From the sequence record SRR31156797_5597: DNA of 45,444 nt. One strand, 5' to 3'. Below the pieces are notes generated by a model. It saw only the letters and a list, made by a program, of their open reading frames with translations. It was not told the DNA's origin and ran no database searches. The translations under genes and the position numbers were made by a program. Position 1 is the stretch's first letter. Every line of letters starts with the position of its first letter. Below, one piece after another: positions 25,878-36,352 of this stretch.

Positions 25878-28814
25878 ATGGAGACTCCACTCGAACGAAC
25901 AGGTGTTGCCGAATATCTCACCGCGCTGAAACAATCCGAAAAGTTTGGTCAACAAGTTGTTATTCATCGAACCGATGCTCCCCAAACCGCCGATTATGCA
26001 GCGTGTAAACGACTATCTCCCCCACTGCAAAACCTACTGCAGAGTATGGGGATAAACGCCCTTTATTCCCACCAGGCAGCCGCCATAAATCATATTACTG
26101 CAGGCAAACATGTTATTATTTCCACAGCTACAGCTTCTGGCAAAAGCCTGATCTATAATCTACCTGTACTGCAAAGCCTGCTTACGTTGCCCAAAACAAA
26201 GGCACTCTATCTTTTCCCTTTAAAAGCCCTGGCTCAGGACCAGTTGAAAGCCCTCCAGAATCTATGCCACCATCTCCCTGAAAATATATTGCCGGAAAAG
26301 AATGTTGCTGCAATATATGATGGTGATACCTCCGGCTACAAGCGAAAAAAAATAAGAGAAAAACTGCCGGCAGTGCTTATAACAAACCCTGACATGCTCC
26401 ATCTATCCCTCTTGCCATATAGTGATAAATGGGCTCATTTTTTTTCAAATCTTAAATATATTATCATTGACGAAGTGCATACCTATCGCGGCGTTTTTGG
26501 CTCACACATCGCTTGGGTACTACGTCGTCTGAATAGAATGTGCGAAATATATGGTGCTCAACCGACTTACATCCTTACTTCTGCCACGGTTGGCAACCCC
26601 GAAGACCTTGCACAAAACCTTACAGGGCTACAGTTTGTTTCCGTTAACAGCTCAGGCGCAGGTAATGCAGCAAAACATACCCTCCTGCTCAATCCGATAG
26701 ACTCTGCTGCGGGTGCTGCCACCCTACTGCTCGATGCTGCTGTACACAGAAAGTTGAGGACTATTATCTATACCCAGTCCAGAAAAATGACCGAACTGAT
26801 CACCATGTGGTCTGGCAAACGACTTAAAGATTTCCAGCAAAACATAGCTTCTTACCGGGCCGGCTTTCTTCCAGAGGATCGTCGTCTCATAGAAAAAAAG
26901 CTTGTGACAGGGGAACTGCTTGCAGTTATCACTACCTCAGCACTTGAACTCGGGATAGACATTGGTACCCTTGATATATGTATTATGGTTGGGTATCCGG
27001 GTTCTATTATGGCAGCCAGGCAACGGGCTGGGAGGGTCGGTAGAAATAATCGTGAATCTCTTGTTATTCTAATCGGCCATGAAGATGCCCTTGATCAGTA
27101 TTTCATGCGCAACCCGGATGATTTTTTCACTCGCCCGGTTGAATCTGTTACGATCAACCCCCATAACACTTTTATATCCAGCCAGCATCTGGTTTGCGCA
27201 GCTGCGGAAATACCTCTCCACCAAGAGGAGCCAATGCTCCAGGCGCATAACCTAGCCCAACAGCTACATGAACTAACCATTACCGGTGAGTTACTGCAGT
27301 CTGCAGACGGAACATCATGGTTTGCCGCACGAAAATATCCTCAACGACATATCAACATCAGAGGGAGTGGTCACCCCTATTTTATTTACCTTTCAGCAAC
27401 TAATAAAAAAATAGGCGAGATTGACGGTCAGCGTGTCATAAAAGAATGCCATAAGGGAGCAATCTATCTGCATATGGCAAAAAATTATTACGTTGATGCC
27501 CTTGATATGGACCAAAAATATGTATATGTCAGTCCGATATCTCCTAACTATTTTACCCGCGTCCAATCAAACAAAACCACTGAAATACTGGAAGAATTCT
27601 CACAAATCCAACTCAAAGGAGCGGCAGTTGCTTTTGGTCGGCTGCGGGTAACCGAACACGTAACAGGATATCTGAAAATTCTCTCCGGCAGCATGAAAAT
27701 TATAGGCAGGCGCCCGCTGAACCTCCCCCCACAAACCTTTGAAACTGAGGGCTACTGGCTACTGTTGCCGCCAAATATCAAATGGGCATGTGAGCACCAT
27801 CAACTCCATTTCATGGGTGGGATACACGCCATGGAACATGCCCTTATTGGGCTCATGCCGCTTTTGGTACTTTGTGACCGCAATGATATTGGAGGTATTT
27901 CACATCCTTGGCATGACCAGGTTCAAGGCCCTGCCGTTTTTGTTTACGACGGCCATGCCGGAGGAGTAGGACTGGCTCGTCAGGCATTTTGCAATATAAA
28001 AAAGCTGATAAAAAGTACACTCCAAGCAGTACGTTCCTGCTCCTGTGATGCTGGTTGCCCAAGCTGTGTTCATTCTTCAAAGTGCGGTTCAGGTAACCGG
28101 CCAATTGATAAAAGAGCATGCATCTATATTATCGATGCGCTGTTGACCCCTTCTCCCGCTTCAAGCTCGGCAATTGCAAAACACCCGCCTTTACCTGCTT
28201 CCAAGAAAAATAAGGCTCGACTCGAGCAGCCCTTTCTCCTCCCAGAAAACTATTGCGTTTTTGATATAGAAACCAAAAGGTCGGCCCAGGAGGTTGGCGG
28301 CTGGCATAAGGCACAGAATATGGGGATCAGTGTTGCGGTAGTCTATGACAACAGGCGGCAAGAATTCCTTGTGTACGAGGAAAAACAGATCGGAGAATTG
28401 ATTGCGTGCCTTTTTTCATTTGATCTTGTTGTCGGGTTCAACAACAAGCGCTTTGATAACAAAGTACTCTCAGCCTATACCCAGAAAAAACTTTCTAGAC
28501 TACCGTCCTTTGACATCCTGGAATTTATTTACAATCAACTTGGCTACCGACTCAGCCTGGATCATCTGGCCGAATATACACTGGGTAAAAGTAAACAGGG
28601 ACATGGCCTGCAGGCTCTTGAGTGGTTCAAGCAGGGGGAGATGGAAAAGCTGACTGCATATTGCCGAGAGGATGTACAACTGACAAAGGAACTTTTCTTA
28701 TTTGGAATCAAGCAGCAGTACCTTCTTTTTCAAAACAAAGCGAAAAAGAAGGTACGACTGCCGGTTAATTTCCAAGCAGTTTTATCCCTATTGTCGAATC
28801 AGTCAAAACGATGA
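25878..28814 (+). CDS. SftH/MrfA/Hrq1-family DEAH helicase with DUF1998 (MZB) fused to a C-terminal RNase H-like 3'-5' exonuclease
   Basis: TASGKS, DEVH, SAT, ALELGIDIG, QRAGRVGR; C.C..GCPSC zinc motif; C-terminal VFDIETK, FNNKRFD, YCREDV. Confidence 0.92.
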   Translation: METPLERTGVAEYLTALKQSEKFGQQVVIHRTDAPQTADYAACKRLSPPLQNLLQSMGINALYSHQAAAINHITAGKHVIISTATASGKSLIYNLPVLQSLLTLPKTKALYLFPLKALAQDQLKALQNLCHHLPENILPEKNVAAIYDGDTSGYKRKKIREKLPAVLITNPDMLHLSLLPYSDKWAHFFSNLKYIIIDEVHTYRGVFGSHIAWVLRRLNRMCEIYGAQPTYILTSATVGNPEDLAQNLTGLQFVSVNSSGAGNAAKHTLLLNPIDSAAGAATLLLDAAVHRKLRTIIYTQSRKMTELITMWSGKRLKDFQQNIASYRAGFLPEDRRLIEKKLVTGELLAVITTSALELGIDIGTLDICIMVGYPGSIMAARQRAGRVGRNNRESLVILIGHEDALDQYFMRNPDDFFTRPVESVTINPHNTFISSQHLVCAAAEIPLHQEEPMLQAHNLAQQLHELTITGELLQSADGTSWFAARKYPQRHINIRGSGHPYFIYLSATNKKIGEIDGQRVIKECHKGAIYLHMAKNYYVDALDMDQKYVYVSPISPNYFTRVQSNKTTEILEEFSQIQLKGAAVAFGRLRVTEHVTGYLKILSGSMKIIGRRPLNLPPQTFETEGYWLLLPPNIKWACEHHQLHFMGGIHAMEHALIGLMPLLVLCDRNDIGGISHPWHDQVQGPAVFVYDGHAGGVGLARQAFCNIKKLIKSTLQAVRSCSCDAGCPSCVHSSKCGSGNRPIDKRACIYIIDALLTPSPASSSAIAKHPPLPASKKNKARLEQPFLLPENYCVFDIETKRSAQEVGGWHKAQNMGISVAVVYDNRRQEFLVYEEKQIGELIACLFSFDLVVGFNNKRFDNKVLSAYTQKKLSRLPSFDILEFIYNQLGYRLSLDHLAEYTLGKSKQGHGLQALEWFKQGEMEKLTAYCREDVQLTKELFLFGIKQQYLLFQNKAKKKVRLPVNFQAVLSLLSNQSKR

Positions 28815-28869
28815 TCGAATAAAAAAGTTGAAGTATACCAACAGTAACCACTCTTTCCTGACAGAAAAC

Positions 28870-29328
28870 TTAAGGCCACACAAGAGTACGGTGGACCCAG
28901 CCCTTTATCTCAGGGTGACTGACCTGTAACCAATCTCCCTGCCGATTGCCCTTTTTTAGAATAACGTCCTTTGATACGGTTCCTACCTTTGCGTTATCAG
29001 TTCCAGGGCCACTACGGACATTGCCTTCCTTGACCTTTACAATCACATAGGGAGATGACGAAACCAAGGCATCATAAATCCACCCTTTGTCACCTTCGTA
29101 ATCCTCAATTTTCATCCACTGCCCTTTTTTAGATAAAACTCGTACAGGGTAATTGACAGGTAACTGGTAGATAGCTTCATAGTTGGTACCAGGGCCTGAA
29201 CGAAGGTTTACACCGTCCTTGGTTACACTTACATACTCAGCTGCAGATGAACTAAAAACTGCAGCACCTAATAGAGCTGCGGTAGTAACAGTTGTTATGA
29301 ACACTTTTTTAACGAGACTTCGCTTCAT
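28870..29328 (-). CDS. Exported tandem SH3b-domain protein
   Basis: Signal peptide; two repeats N[LV]RSGPGT...W..(I/V)...GW. Confidence 0.9.
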   Translation of the reverse strand: MKRSLVKKVFITTVTTAALLGAAVFSSSAAEYVSVTKDGVNLRSGPGTNYEAIYQLPVNYPVRVLSKKGQWMKIEDYEGDKGWIYDALVSSSPYVIVKVKEGNVRSGPGTDNAKVGTVSKDVILKKGNRQGDWLQVSHPEIKGWVHRTLVWP

Positions 29329-29359
29329 GATTAACTCCTTATTTATCTGAATCTATTCT

Positions 29360-30112
29360 TCAGTGAAGATCACTTATTTGGCCGGTAAGCAGCACAAAAA
29401 ATTCCTGGTTGCCTTTTGCCCCACGGATAGATGAGGGAATAACTCCTTGGGAATGCAACCCAAGGGTTTCTGCGTGTGTTTCCACCATTTCAATAGCTTC
29501 AGCGTGCAAAGCCTGATCGGTGATAACACCTCCTGCAGTAATCTTTTCCTGCGGCAACTGGAACTGCGGTTTTATTAACGCCAAAATCATGGCAGTGGTA
29601 TCAAAAAACTGAATGAGCGGTTCCAGTAGTACATTCAATGAAATAAATGAAGCGTCAATAACACAAAAATCTACAGATTCTGGTATTTCTTTTGTCGTAA
29701 GGAATCGGGCATTAGTTCGCTCCAACACAACCACTCTATTATCCTGGCGGATTTTCCAGTCCAATATACCATAGCCAACATCCACGCAGTAAACACGTTT
29801 TGCATTATTCTGGAGTAGGCAATCGGTAAAACCTCCTGTGGAACTGCCTATATCGAGGCAGACTTTTCCTGCAGGATCAATAGCCAAACGCTCAAGTACA
29901 GGAGCGAGCTTTTCCCCACCCCTGCTGACGAAACGTTTGATTTTGTGAAGGCTGATTTTAACGTTCTCTTCGTGCTGGCTTTCAGGTTTCTCCCGAAGTA
30001 TCCCGTTCACACGAATCACGCCCGAGCAAATTAACTGCCGCGCCTCATCAAGGGTCCTTGCAAACTGCCTTTCCAACAGCATGGTGTCGAGTCTTTTTTT
30101 CTTCCTACCCAC
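29360..30112 (-). CDS. tlyA: TlyA family rRNA 2'-O-methyltransferase
   Basis: S4-like RLD, FVSRGGEKL, LDIGSSTGGFTDCLLQ, DASFISL, LIKPQF, GAKGNQEF. Confidence 0.95.
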   Translation of the reverse strand: MGRKKKRLDTMLLERQFARTLDEARQLICSGVIRVNGILREKPESQHEENVKISLHKIKRFVSRGGEKLAPVLERLAIDPAGKVCLDIGSSTGGFTDCLLQNNAKRVYCVDVGYGILDWKIRQDNRVVVLERTNARFLTTKEIPESVDFCVIDASFISLNVLLEPLIQFFDTTAMILALIKPQFQLPQEKITAGGVITDQALHAEAIEMVETHAETLGLHSQGVIPSSIRGAKGNQEFFVLLTGQISDLH

Positions 30113-30237
30113 TCTTAAGCAACCCAGAAATAATAGAAACCGTTCCTATACAATCGTTTTGACGCCAGCGCCAAGTTTATGGGAACCGTTGATCGCATTA
30201 TGCGTTGTAACTGTGCCGACTGCTTCATCCCGTTTCC

Positions 30238-31269
30238 CTAAAGGTTCCCTAGCCGACTCTTTGCTTGGCCTGCTTCACTACTACTGGCATAATCATTGAT
30301 AAGCTTTTTATATATTATTTTAGCTGTCTCATGATCAGTAAGTTTTTCAAATGACATCCCCTGCTTAAGTAATGCTTGGGGAGTAAGACTATTTTTAGAA
30401 TGATTAGAAATCACTTTTTGATAATCAAGGATTGCCAGGTCATACTCCCCCTGGTTGAAAAGGCATTCTCCCATATAAAAAAGCGTTTCAGCGGCTCTCT
30501 TGCCTTGTGGGTTTCCAGATAAAACCTGCTCAAATCCACGGTAAGCATCCTGGTATTTTTTAGCCTGATACTGCTGCATGGCTTGGGCAAAGGGCTCTGA
30601 TGTTACATCAGGCGTTACAACCGTTTCGACTCGCGGCTGTGCCTTTTCTGTTTTGCGAGCTGCCGCTCTGGAGGCCTGGGCTGGCGTTCCTCCATCGTTT
30701 ACAACAGAAGCGTTGCCAATCCGCACTTTCTTTTTGCCAGGCCTGACTTTTACAAGTTGAGAACCGCTGGTTGCCGCTACATAACTTTGGCGGCGTGCCT
30801 CGTCAGCTTTTCTCGCAGCTGCTCGAGCTCTGCTTTCGGCCTCTCGAACCCTTTGTTGCTGCGCTTGTTCAATATTTCCTCTTAACAGAGCGACTTGCTG
30901 TTCAAGTACGGTAATTTTCTGATCTGTTTCAAACAACTTAGCCTTATTTTCTTCACGCATTGCCTCCATGGCAGCCTGAAGGTTAGCTATATCCTCCTTG
31001 CCCTGCTCACGGTAAAGACTTGCCTGATGTGCACTCTCCTCAATCATGGACTGCAGGCGCATGGTTTCACTCTCGACTTGACCGATTTTATTAACCGAGC
31101 TGGCCTGACGCTTTTGCATCTGATTAACTGTAGTGGATTTAACCTCATCCACTTTTTGATTAACGGCTCGGAGTTGATAATTCAAATCCCGAACTTCATC
31201 TTGAGTTGCGCATTGGGTTAGCAGTAACAATGAACAGCCGGCCACAGTAATATTACGAATAGTTTTCAT
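30238..31269 (-). CDS. cpoB: Tol-Pal coordinator CpoB/YbgF (coiled coil + TPR), probable lipoprotein
   Basis: C-terminal TPR (FYMGECLF.Q..Y..AILDYQKVI...ALLKQGMSF); LLLTQC lipobox-like signal; downstream of tolB. Start at ATG 31269 with GGGAG RBS. Confidence 0.88.
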   Translation of the reverse strand: MKTIRNITVAGCSLLLLTQCATQDEVRDLNYQLRAVNQKVDEVKSTTVNQMQKRQASSVNKIGQVESETMRLQSMIEESAHQASLYREQGKEDIANLQAAMEAMREENKAKLFETDQKITVLEQQVALLRGNIEQAQQQRVREAESRARAAARKADEARRQSYVAATSGSQLVKVRPGKKKVRIGNASVVNDGGTPAQASRAAARKTEKAQPRVETVVTPDVTSEPFAQAMQQYQAKKYQDAYRGFEQVLSGNPQGKRAAETLFYMGECLFNQGEYDLAILDYQKVISNHSKNSLTPQALLKQGMSFEKLTDHETAKIIYKKLINDYASSSEAGQAKSRLGNL

Positions 31270-31532
31270 GCACGCTCCCTTTTCTTTCACTCTATAATAA
31301 ACCGGTTTAAGGAAACCTCAAATCCCACCCCAAAAGACGGTCGGCTCTTTACTAAAAAAAGTTCAAAACCTCGCCAAGAAGGTGCGGGAAAATGGATTTT
31401 ATTAATTACATTTCTATACTCTTGTAGCAACAAGCCTTCCACTTCTTAGAACAAGCATGCTGCCAGTGAACATCTTTTTATAGCCTCCGAAAAAGACACC
31501 ACACGTTTGACCCGCGACTCTCTACAATACAC

Positions 31533-32831
31533 TTATTGTAAAGAAGGGGACCACTGAGGGTACGATTTATTGCCCTTAAAAGGAAAAAGTACTTTTACTC
31601 CTTTTCCATTTTTACCTATCACACAGATCTCGGACTTACCATTTCTTCGACGGGTAAAGGTCAGCAATTTGCCATCTGGCGACCATGATGGCGACTCGTA
31701 ATCCCCCCAACTGGTGGTTAATCTTTTTATATTGCTCCCTTGCGGACTCATGGTGAAGAGCTGATTATGCCCATCAACCAGCCCGGAAAAGGCAATCAAA
31801 TCTCCTTTAGGAGACCAGCTAGGTTCGCTGTTTTGAGTCCCCGCAGACTTAAAGGTCAAACGCCTTACGTTTCCGTTCCTCAGATCCATGCTATAAATTT
31901 GAGGTTGACCACTGCGGTCGGACACAAACACAATAGTGTTACCGTCCGGAGAATAGGAGGCAGAGACATTAATTCCTGACCGTGAAGTCATTCGTTTGAG
32001 AATTTTACCTTTTCTATCCAGAAGATATAAGTCGGGCCCGCCATCCTTGCTCAAGGTGACCACCATATTCTTGCCATCCGGTGAAAAAGCAGGTGCCAAG
32101 TTCATCCCCTTTCTGCGTGAAAGTGATCTGGTCACCTTATTTTGCCTGAGATCCGTGATATAAAGATCCTGATTTCCACGATGATAAGTAGTGTAGGCGA
32201 GATAGTTACCATCGGGAGTAAACCTTGGAGAAACAGCCAAATGCTTGTGTTTGGTGACCTGTCGCTGATTTCGCCCCAAAATATCAGATATATAAACTTC
32301 CTTCCGGCCTGACACATCAGACACATAAGCAATTGAGGTTCTGCTGATACCTGGTTCACCTGTAAATTCCTCTATCAGGCCATCGGCAAGGCGTAACACC
32401 ATGTCATCCTGCTGGCTGACAGCTCCACGGTAACGTCTTCCTGCCAAAAGTCTGTTTTCAGCCACATCAAGAAGCCGTCCCTCAACAACCATTTCTTCGT
32501 TGGCCTGAGTGTACTTTCCGATAACAGCATAATCAACACCCAAGGCACGCCAATCGACATTTTGCACTCCTGCGTAACGACCAGTATCCACCAGATCTAT
32601 AAAGCCATGAATTTCAAGCGCACGTCCCAGCAGTTGTGCCATCTCTTTTCCCTTTTGATTACCGGCAGGTGACCCAGTAAAGGTAAAGGCAGGTACAGCC
32701 ACAACCACTTTGCGAACATCAGAGGCAGTTATATCAAGATACACACGTTCAGCAGATACATTCTCTGCCAGAAAACTGAAAGTAAGTAAAAGAGCTGCAA
32801 TGACTAATAAATGGCGTTTAAAAAAAATCAT
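31533..32831 (-). CDS. tolB: Tol-Pal beta-propeller protein TolB
   Basis: TolB N-domain (FTGEPG..RTSIAYVS) plus PD40 repeats (P.(F/W)SPDG). Confidence 0.95.
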   Translation of the reverse strand: MIFFKRHLLVIAALLLTFSFLAENVSAERVYLDITASDVRKVVVAVPAFTFTGSPAGNQKGKEMAQLLGRALEIHGFIDLVDTGRYAGVQNVDWRALGVDYAVIGKYTQANEEMVVEGRLLDVAENRLLAGRRYRGAVSQQDDMVLRLADGLIEEFTGEPGISRTSIAYVSDVSGRKEVYISDILGRNQRQVTKHKHLAVSPRFTPDGNYLAYTTYHRGNQDLYITDLRQNKVTRSLSRRKGMNLAPAFSPDGKNMVVTLSKDGGPDLYLLDRKGKILKRMTSRSGINVSASYSPDGNTIVFVSDRSGQPQIYSMDLRNGNVRRLTFKSAGTQNSEPSWSPKGDLIAFSGLVDGHNQLFTMSPQGSNIKRLTTSWGDYESPSWSPDGKLLTFTRRRNGKSEICVIGKNGKGVKVLFPFKGNKSYPQWSPSLQ

Positions 32832-32858
32832 AGTTTTTTGTCGTATGTTTGAGAGTTA

Positions 32859-33851
32859 TCACATTTCCAGTTTACCTGGTCGAAAGCGCAGCCCTACCTC
32901 AATGGTCTTTTCCTTCATGAGCTTAGGAAAAGTAGGCATTGGAGCAGCACTATGCAGTGTTTTTACCACAACTTGGTTGAAAAAAGGATCTCGCGATTTC
33001 TTTTCAACTGTTGTTTTCAATACTTGCCCGTTCTGATTGATAACCAGGACAACTGTCGCCTCAAGGCTACGATCCCATTTACGCATCTCTGGCAACACCC
33101 AATATCCTTGAATATGTGAATAGAGGGCCGCATAATATTGCTGGGCAACAATTGACTGAACCTGTCGTCTGCCTGATGTGCCTGAATCGCTGGCAGCACG
33201 GGTTGTTCTTTTTCCTTCCAATGCACCTTGGCTGCGATACATGTCCGCCAAAGCCCTTCTCGCATCTTGGGCAGCTCGATCAGCCTCTTTTCTAGCTCTG
33301 TCTGCCCTCGCTACAGCTGCAGCTTTTCGAGCAGCAGCCGCTTTTCGTTTCCGCTCCTGCTCCAATTGCTCGCTGCGCTGTCGCTGGCGCTCTTTTTCGC
33401 GTAGCGCAATGGCCCTTTTCTCACGTTCTTTTTCTTCGGCAAGTCGCGTATCAACGGCCTTTTTAATTTTCCGTTTTAAAGGTTTTACTGATATCGGTTT
33501 AGCCGCCACCTCTGGATCGGGAACAATTTCTGGCTCAAGGGGAATTGCAACTTCGGCGGGTTCTGGTTCTACTGCCTCTGGTGGTGCCTGAGGCGGTAGT
33601 TCCACAACTGGCTGTTGTGTTTGTGGGGGTTGAGGCATTTCAGGCAAAGCAGACGGTTCTGGCATAGATACCAGATCAACCGTAACAAATTCATCCAAAA
33701 GCGGTTTCTTGTCAAATATATCAGGCAACAAAAAGGACCACGCAAAAAGGACGACATGCAGCCCAACCGCAACGGATGCTCCTGCACGCCACTTGTTGTC
33801 AGCACATTGCTGCTGATAATAAAAATCGGATTCAGTTAATTTTACAGCCAT
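32859..33851 (-). CDS. tolA: TolA / TonB-family energy transducer
   Basis: N-terminal TM with S-x4-LH motif, Pro/Glu-rich then Ala/Arg helical linker, TonB_C-like end; between tolR and tolB. Confidence 0.88.
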   Translation of the reverse strand: MAVKLTESDFYYQQQCADNKWRAGASVAVGLHVVLFAWSFLLPDIFDKKPLLDEFVTVDLVSMPEPSALPEMPQPPQTQQPVVELPPQAPPEAVEPEPAEVAIPLEPEIVPDPEVAAKPISVKPLKRKIKKAVDTRLAEEKEREKRAIALREKERQRQRSEQLEQERKRKAAAARKAAAVARADRARKEADRAAQDARRALADMYRSQGALEGKRTTRAASDSGTSGRRQVQSIVAQQYYAALYSHIQGYWVLPEMRKWDRSLEATVVLVINQNGQVLKTTVEKKSRDPFFNQVVVKTLHSAAPMPTFPKLMKEKTIEVGLRFRPGKLEM

Positions 33852-33866
33852 TTAATTAAAAGGACT

Positions 33867-34286
33867 CTACTTCTTCTTATCTGCAGGCACAGTAATCATA
33901 CCAAGTTTTTTAAAACCGGCTGACCGGATATCTGCCATGGTGGCCACCACGACGCCGTAGGGAACATTCTTGTCAGCTTTTAGATACACAGGCTGTTCCT
34001 TTTGAACGTCAGGTAAGGCTGATAACTGCTGCACAAGGAAAGAGGCATTCACGTCTACACCACTGAGCTGCACTTTTCCTTGCTCACTTATAGTGACCAT
34101 TATCGGTTTTTCCTGCTGCCTTAATGCTTTGGCAGTCGTTGCTGGGAGATCGACTTCTAACCCTTGCGTCATCATCGGTGCGGTCACCATGAAGATGATT
34201 AGCAGCACCAACATTACATCAACCAAAGGCGTTACATTGATTTCAGCAACAAAACCTTTTTTATTTCTTAATCCTGAAGGCCCCAT
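33867..34286 (-). CDS. tolR: TolR
   Basis: AEINVTPLVDVMLVLLIIFMVTAP; LKADKNVPYG. Confidence 0.95.
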   Translation of the reverse strand: MGPSGLRNKKGFVAEINVTPLVDVMLVLLIIFMVTAPMMTQGLEVDLPATTAKALRQQEKPIMVTISEQGKVQLSGVDVNASFLVQQLSALPDVQKEQPVYLKADKNVPYGVVVATMADIRSAGFKKLGMITVPADKKK

Positions 34287-34293
34287 TATATCC

Positions 34294-34986
34294 TTATGCG
34301 CGCGACAGAATATCGCGTTCGATGAGATTCAAAAAATCCGAACTGAAATTTTCAATATCTGATTCAGAATCAGCGAGTTTATTGGAATAATAATTGAAAA
34401 AAATAACAGCCGGAATGGCCACTGCCAGGCCGGCAGCAGTCGCTACCAAGGCCTCTGAAATGCCGGGAGCGACAACAGCCAATGAAGCAGAGCCGCGCTC
34501 TCCGATATCTTTAAATGACGTCATGATTCCCCAGACAGTACCAAACAAACCAATAAAGGGAGTTGCGGAACCTGTGGTAGCAAGAAATGCAAGAGAGCGC
34601 GACATCCTGTCGCTCTCCATCAACTGGGCTTTTCTTACAGACCTTTTTAAATTTTCCATGGTGGCTAACTGCATGTCTAGGGTGACAGCGCCTTCACCGC
34701 CATTTCTAGCTGCACTTATTTTTTTAAGCTCTGTATAGCCGGTTATAAAAACAGAAGCCTCTGGACTCTGAGTATACTCTTGGGCTGAGTCATAGGCCTC
34801 ACTAAGGGTTTTGCTATTCCAAAAATCTTCAAGAAAATTAGCCGAGGCATTCTGCGATTTTTTAAACATGAGGTGTTTTATGATTATAATCGACCAGGAT
34901 AGCACGGAAAAAACAAGCAAAGTAATCATGACAAGTTTAACCATGAGCCCAGCATTAAGCAGCATTTCAATTATTGATAATGTCAC
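34294..34986 (-). CDS. tolQ: TolQ
   Basis: FLATTGSATPFIGLFGTVWGIM; VAPGISEALVATAAGLAVAIPAV. Confidence 0.95.
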   Translation of the reverse strand: MTLSIIEMLLNAGLMVKLVMITLLVFSVLSWSIIIIKHLMFKKSQNASANFLEDFWNSKTLSEAYDSAQEYTQSPEASVFITGYTELKKISAARNGGEGAVTLDMQLATMENLKRSVRKAQLMESDRMSRSLAFLATTGSATPFIGLFGTVWGIMTSFKDIGERGSASLAVVAPGISEALVATAAGLAVAIPAVIFFNYYSNKLADSESDIENFSSDFLNLIERDILSRA

Positions 34987-35337
34987 AGTTTACCTAACGT
35001 TGGAGTTGAATTTGAGTAAGTAACCGGCAAACCCTACTTGCGACTCTTGCGCCGACCTTTCTTATGCAAGGGCTAAGCCTAAAGACACAGGTAAACGGTT
35101 AATCTGGTCACGCACGACTGGTTATTAACTGCTTGCAGGAGAGATACTGTCTGATTTGCAGTACACCATAATTGTGAACAAAAACTACAGTTTGAAATTA
35201 TAAATGAAAACAATAATTCTGTCGACCTTGATCTAATGATGGTGTAGAAATATTTGTGAAATATTCATGCATAAATACTATCCCCTGGTTGTGTAAACAT
35301 GCAGGGGTAATTTTTTCATATTGAAGAGGAGAGCAAG

Positions 35338-36258
35338 ATGCCTGAATCCGTTTACGATGTGGTAATAATTGGTGCAGGTCCCGCAGGTATACAGGCAGCA
35401 ATACATGCATCGAGAAAAAAAACCCGTGTGTTAATGCTCGGCCGTATTGAAAACTCCGCCCTTTTTGGGGCACACATTGAAAACTATGCCTTTATTGCCG
35501 GAGTATCCGATGGGTGTGACATTCTTCGAACTGGCGTGGAACAGGCAAAATCTTTTGGGACTGAAATATCCCACGAAGATGTGTTGAAGATTTCCGCTAA
35601 GGAAGACAGTTTCGATTTGACCTTGGAAACAGGAAGGTCTATCACAACCAGGACACTTATCTTTGCCATGGGTGTTTCCAAAAAGAAACTTAACGTTCCT
35701 GGTGAAAAAAATTTTTCAGGTCGCGGAGTCAGCTATTGTGTGGATTGTGACGCCAATTTCTACCGAGGGGCTACAGTAGCAGTAACTGGAGACAGGAGTG
35801 CTGCAGTAGACGGTGCCTTGACCTTGTTAGATTATGCCTCTAAGGTCTACCTTATTGCCAACAAACTCGATGTCACTAAAGAACTTGAAAATAAATTGCG
35901 CTCAAGCGATGTCGAATTCATTTCAAATGATATCGAAGAAATAAAAGGAGAGCATGCTGTAGGATCGATACTGCTTAAAAATGGATCTACCATTGAGACC
36001 GAAGGTGTTTTCATTGAACTCGGCTCCAAAGGCGCCCTGGAGCTTGCCACTCAGGTCGACGTTCAACTCGACATGGAATCCTTCAAGTACATTGCGGCAA
36101 ACAACAAGCAGGAAACAAATATTACCGGTATCTATGCTGCCGGAGACATCGTGGGCCCTCCTTACCAAATGGCTAAAGCTGTCGGAGAAGGATGCGTTGC
36201 CGGGATGGAGGCTGCCACCTATGCCCGTTCACTTAAACGAAAGCTAGAAAAAGCCTAA
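35338..36258 (+). CDS. trxB: Thioredoxin reductase-like FAD oxidoreductase (atypical pyridine-nucleotide site)
   Basis: IIGAGPAG, GRGVSYCVDCDA (CxxC), TNITGIYAAGD, AVGEG. Confidence 0.88.
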   Translation: MPESVYDVVIIGAGPAGIQAAIHASRKKTRVLMLGRIENSALFGAHIENYAFIAGVSDGCDILRTGVEQAKSFGTEISHEDVLKISAKEDSFDLTLETGRSITTRTLIFAMGVSKKKLNVPGEKNFSGRGVSYCVDCDANFYRGATVAVTGDRSAAVDGALTLLDYASKVYLIANKLDVTKELENKLRSSDVEFISNDIEEIKGEHAVGSILLKNGSTIETEGVFIELGSKGALELATQVDVQLDMESFKYIAANNKQETNITGIYAAGDIVGPPYQMAKAVGEGCVAGMEAATYARSLKRKLEKA

Positions 36259-36352
36259 GCCAACAGTTCTCCCCCTCTGCATTGCAGGTGATGCTGTATT
36301 GTATATCTGTGCAGCAGAGGGGCCCTTTCTTCTATCACCAATACGTTTCGTT

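Noticed and set aside
25878-28814. DUF1998 helicase as part of a DISARM/Druantia-type defence system
   Set aside because: No methylase, PLD nuclease or partner helicase nearby; neighbours are housekeeping genes and the architecture fits MrfA/B-like repair.
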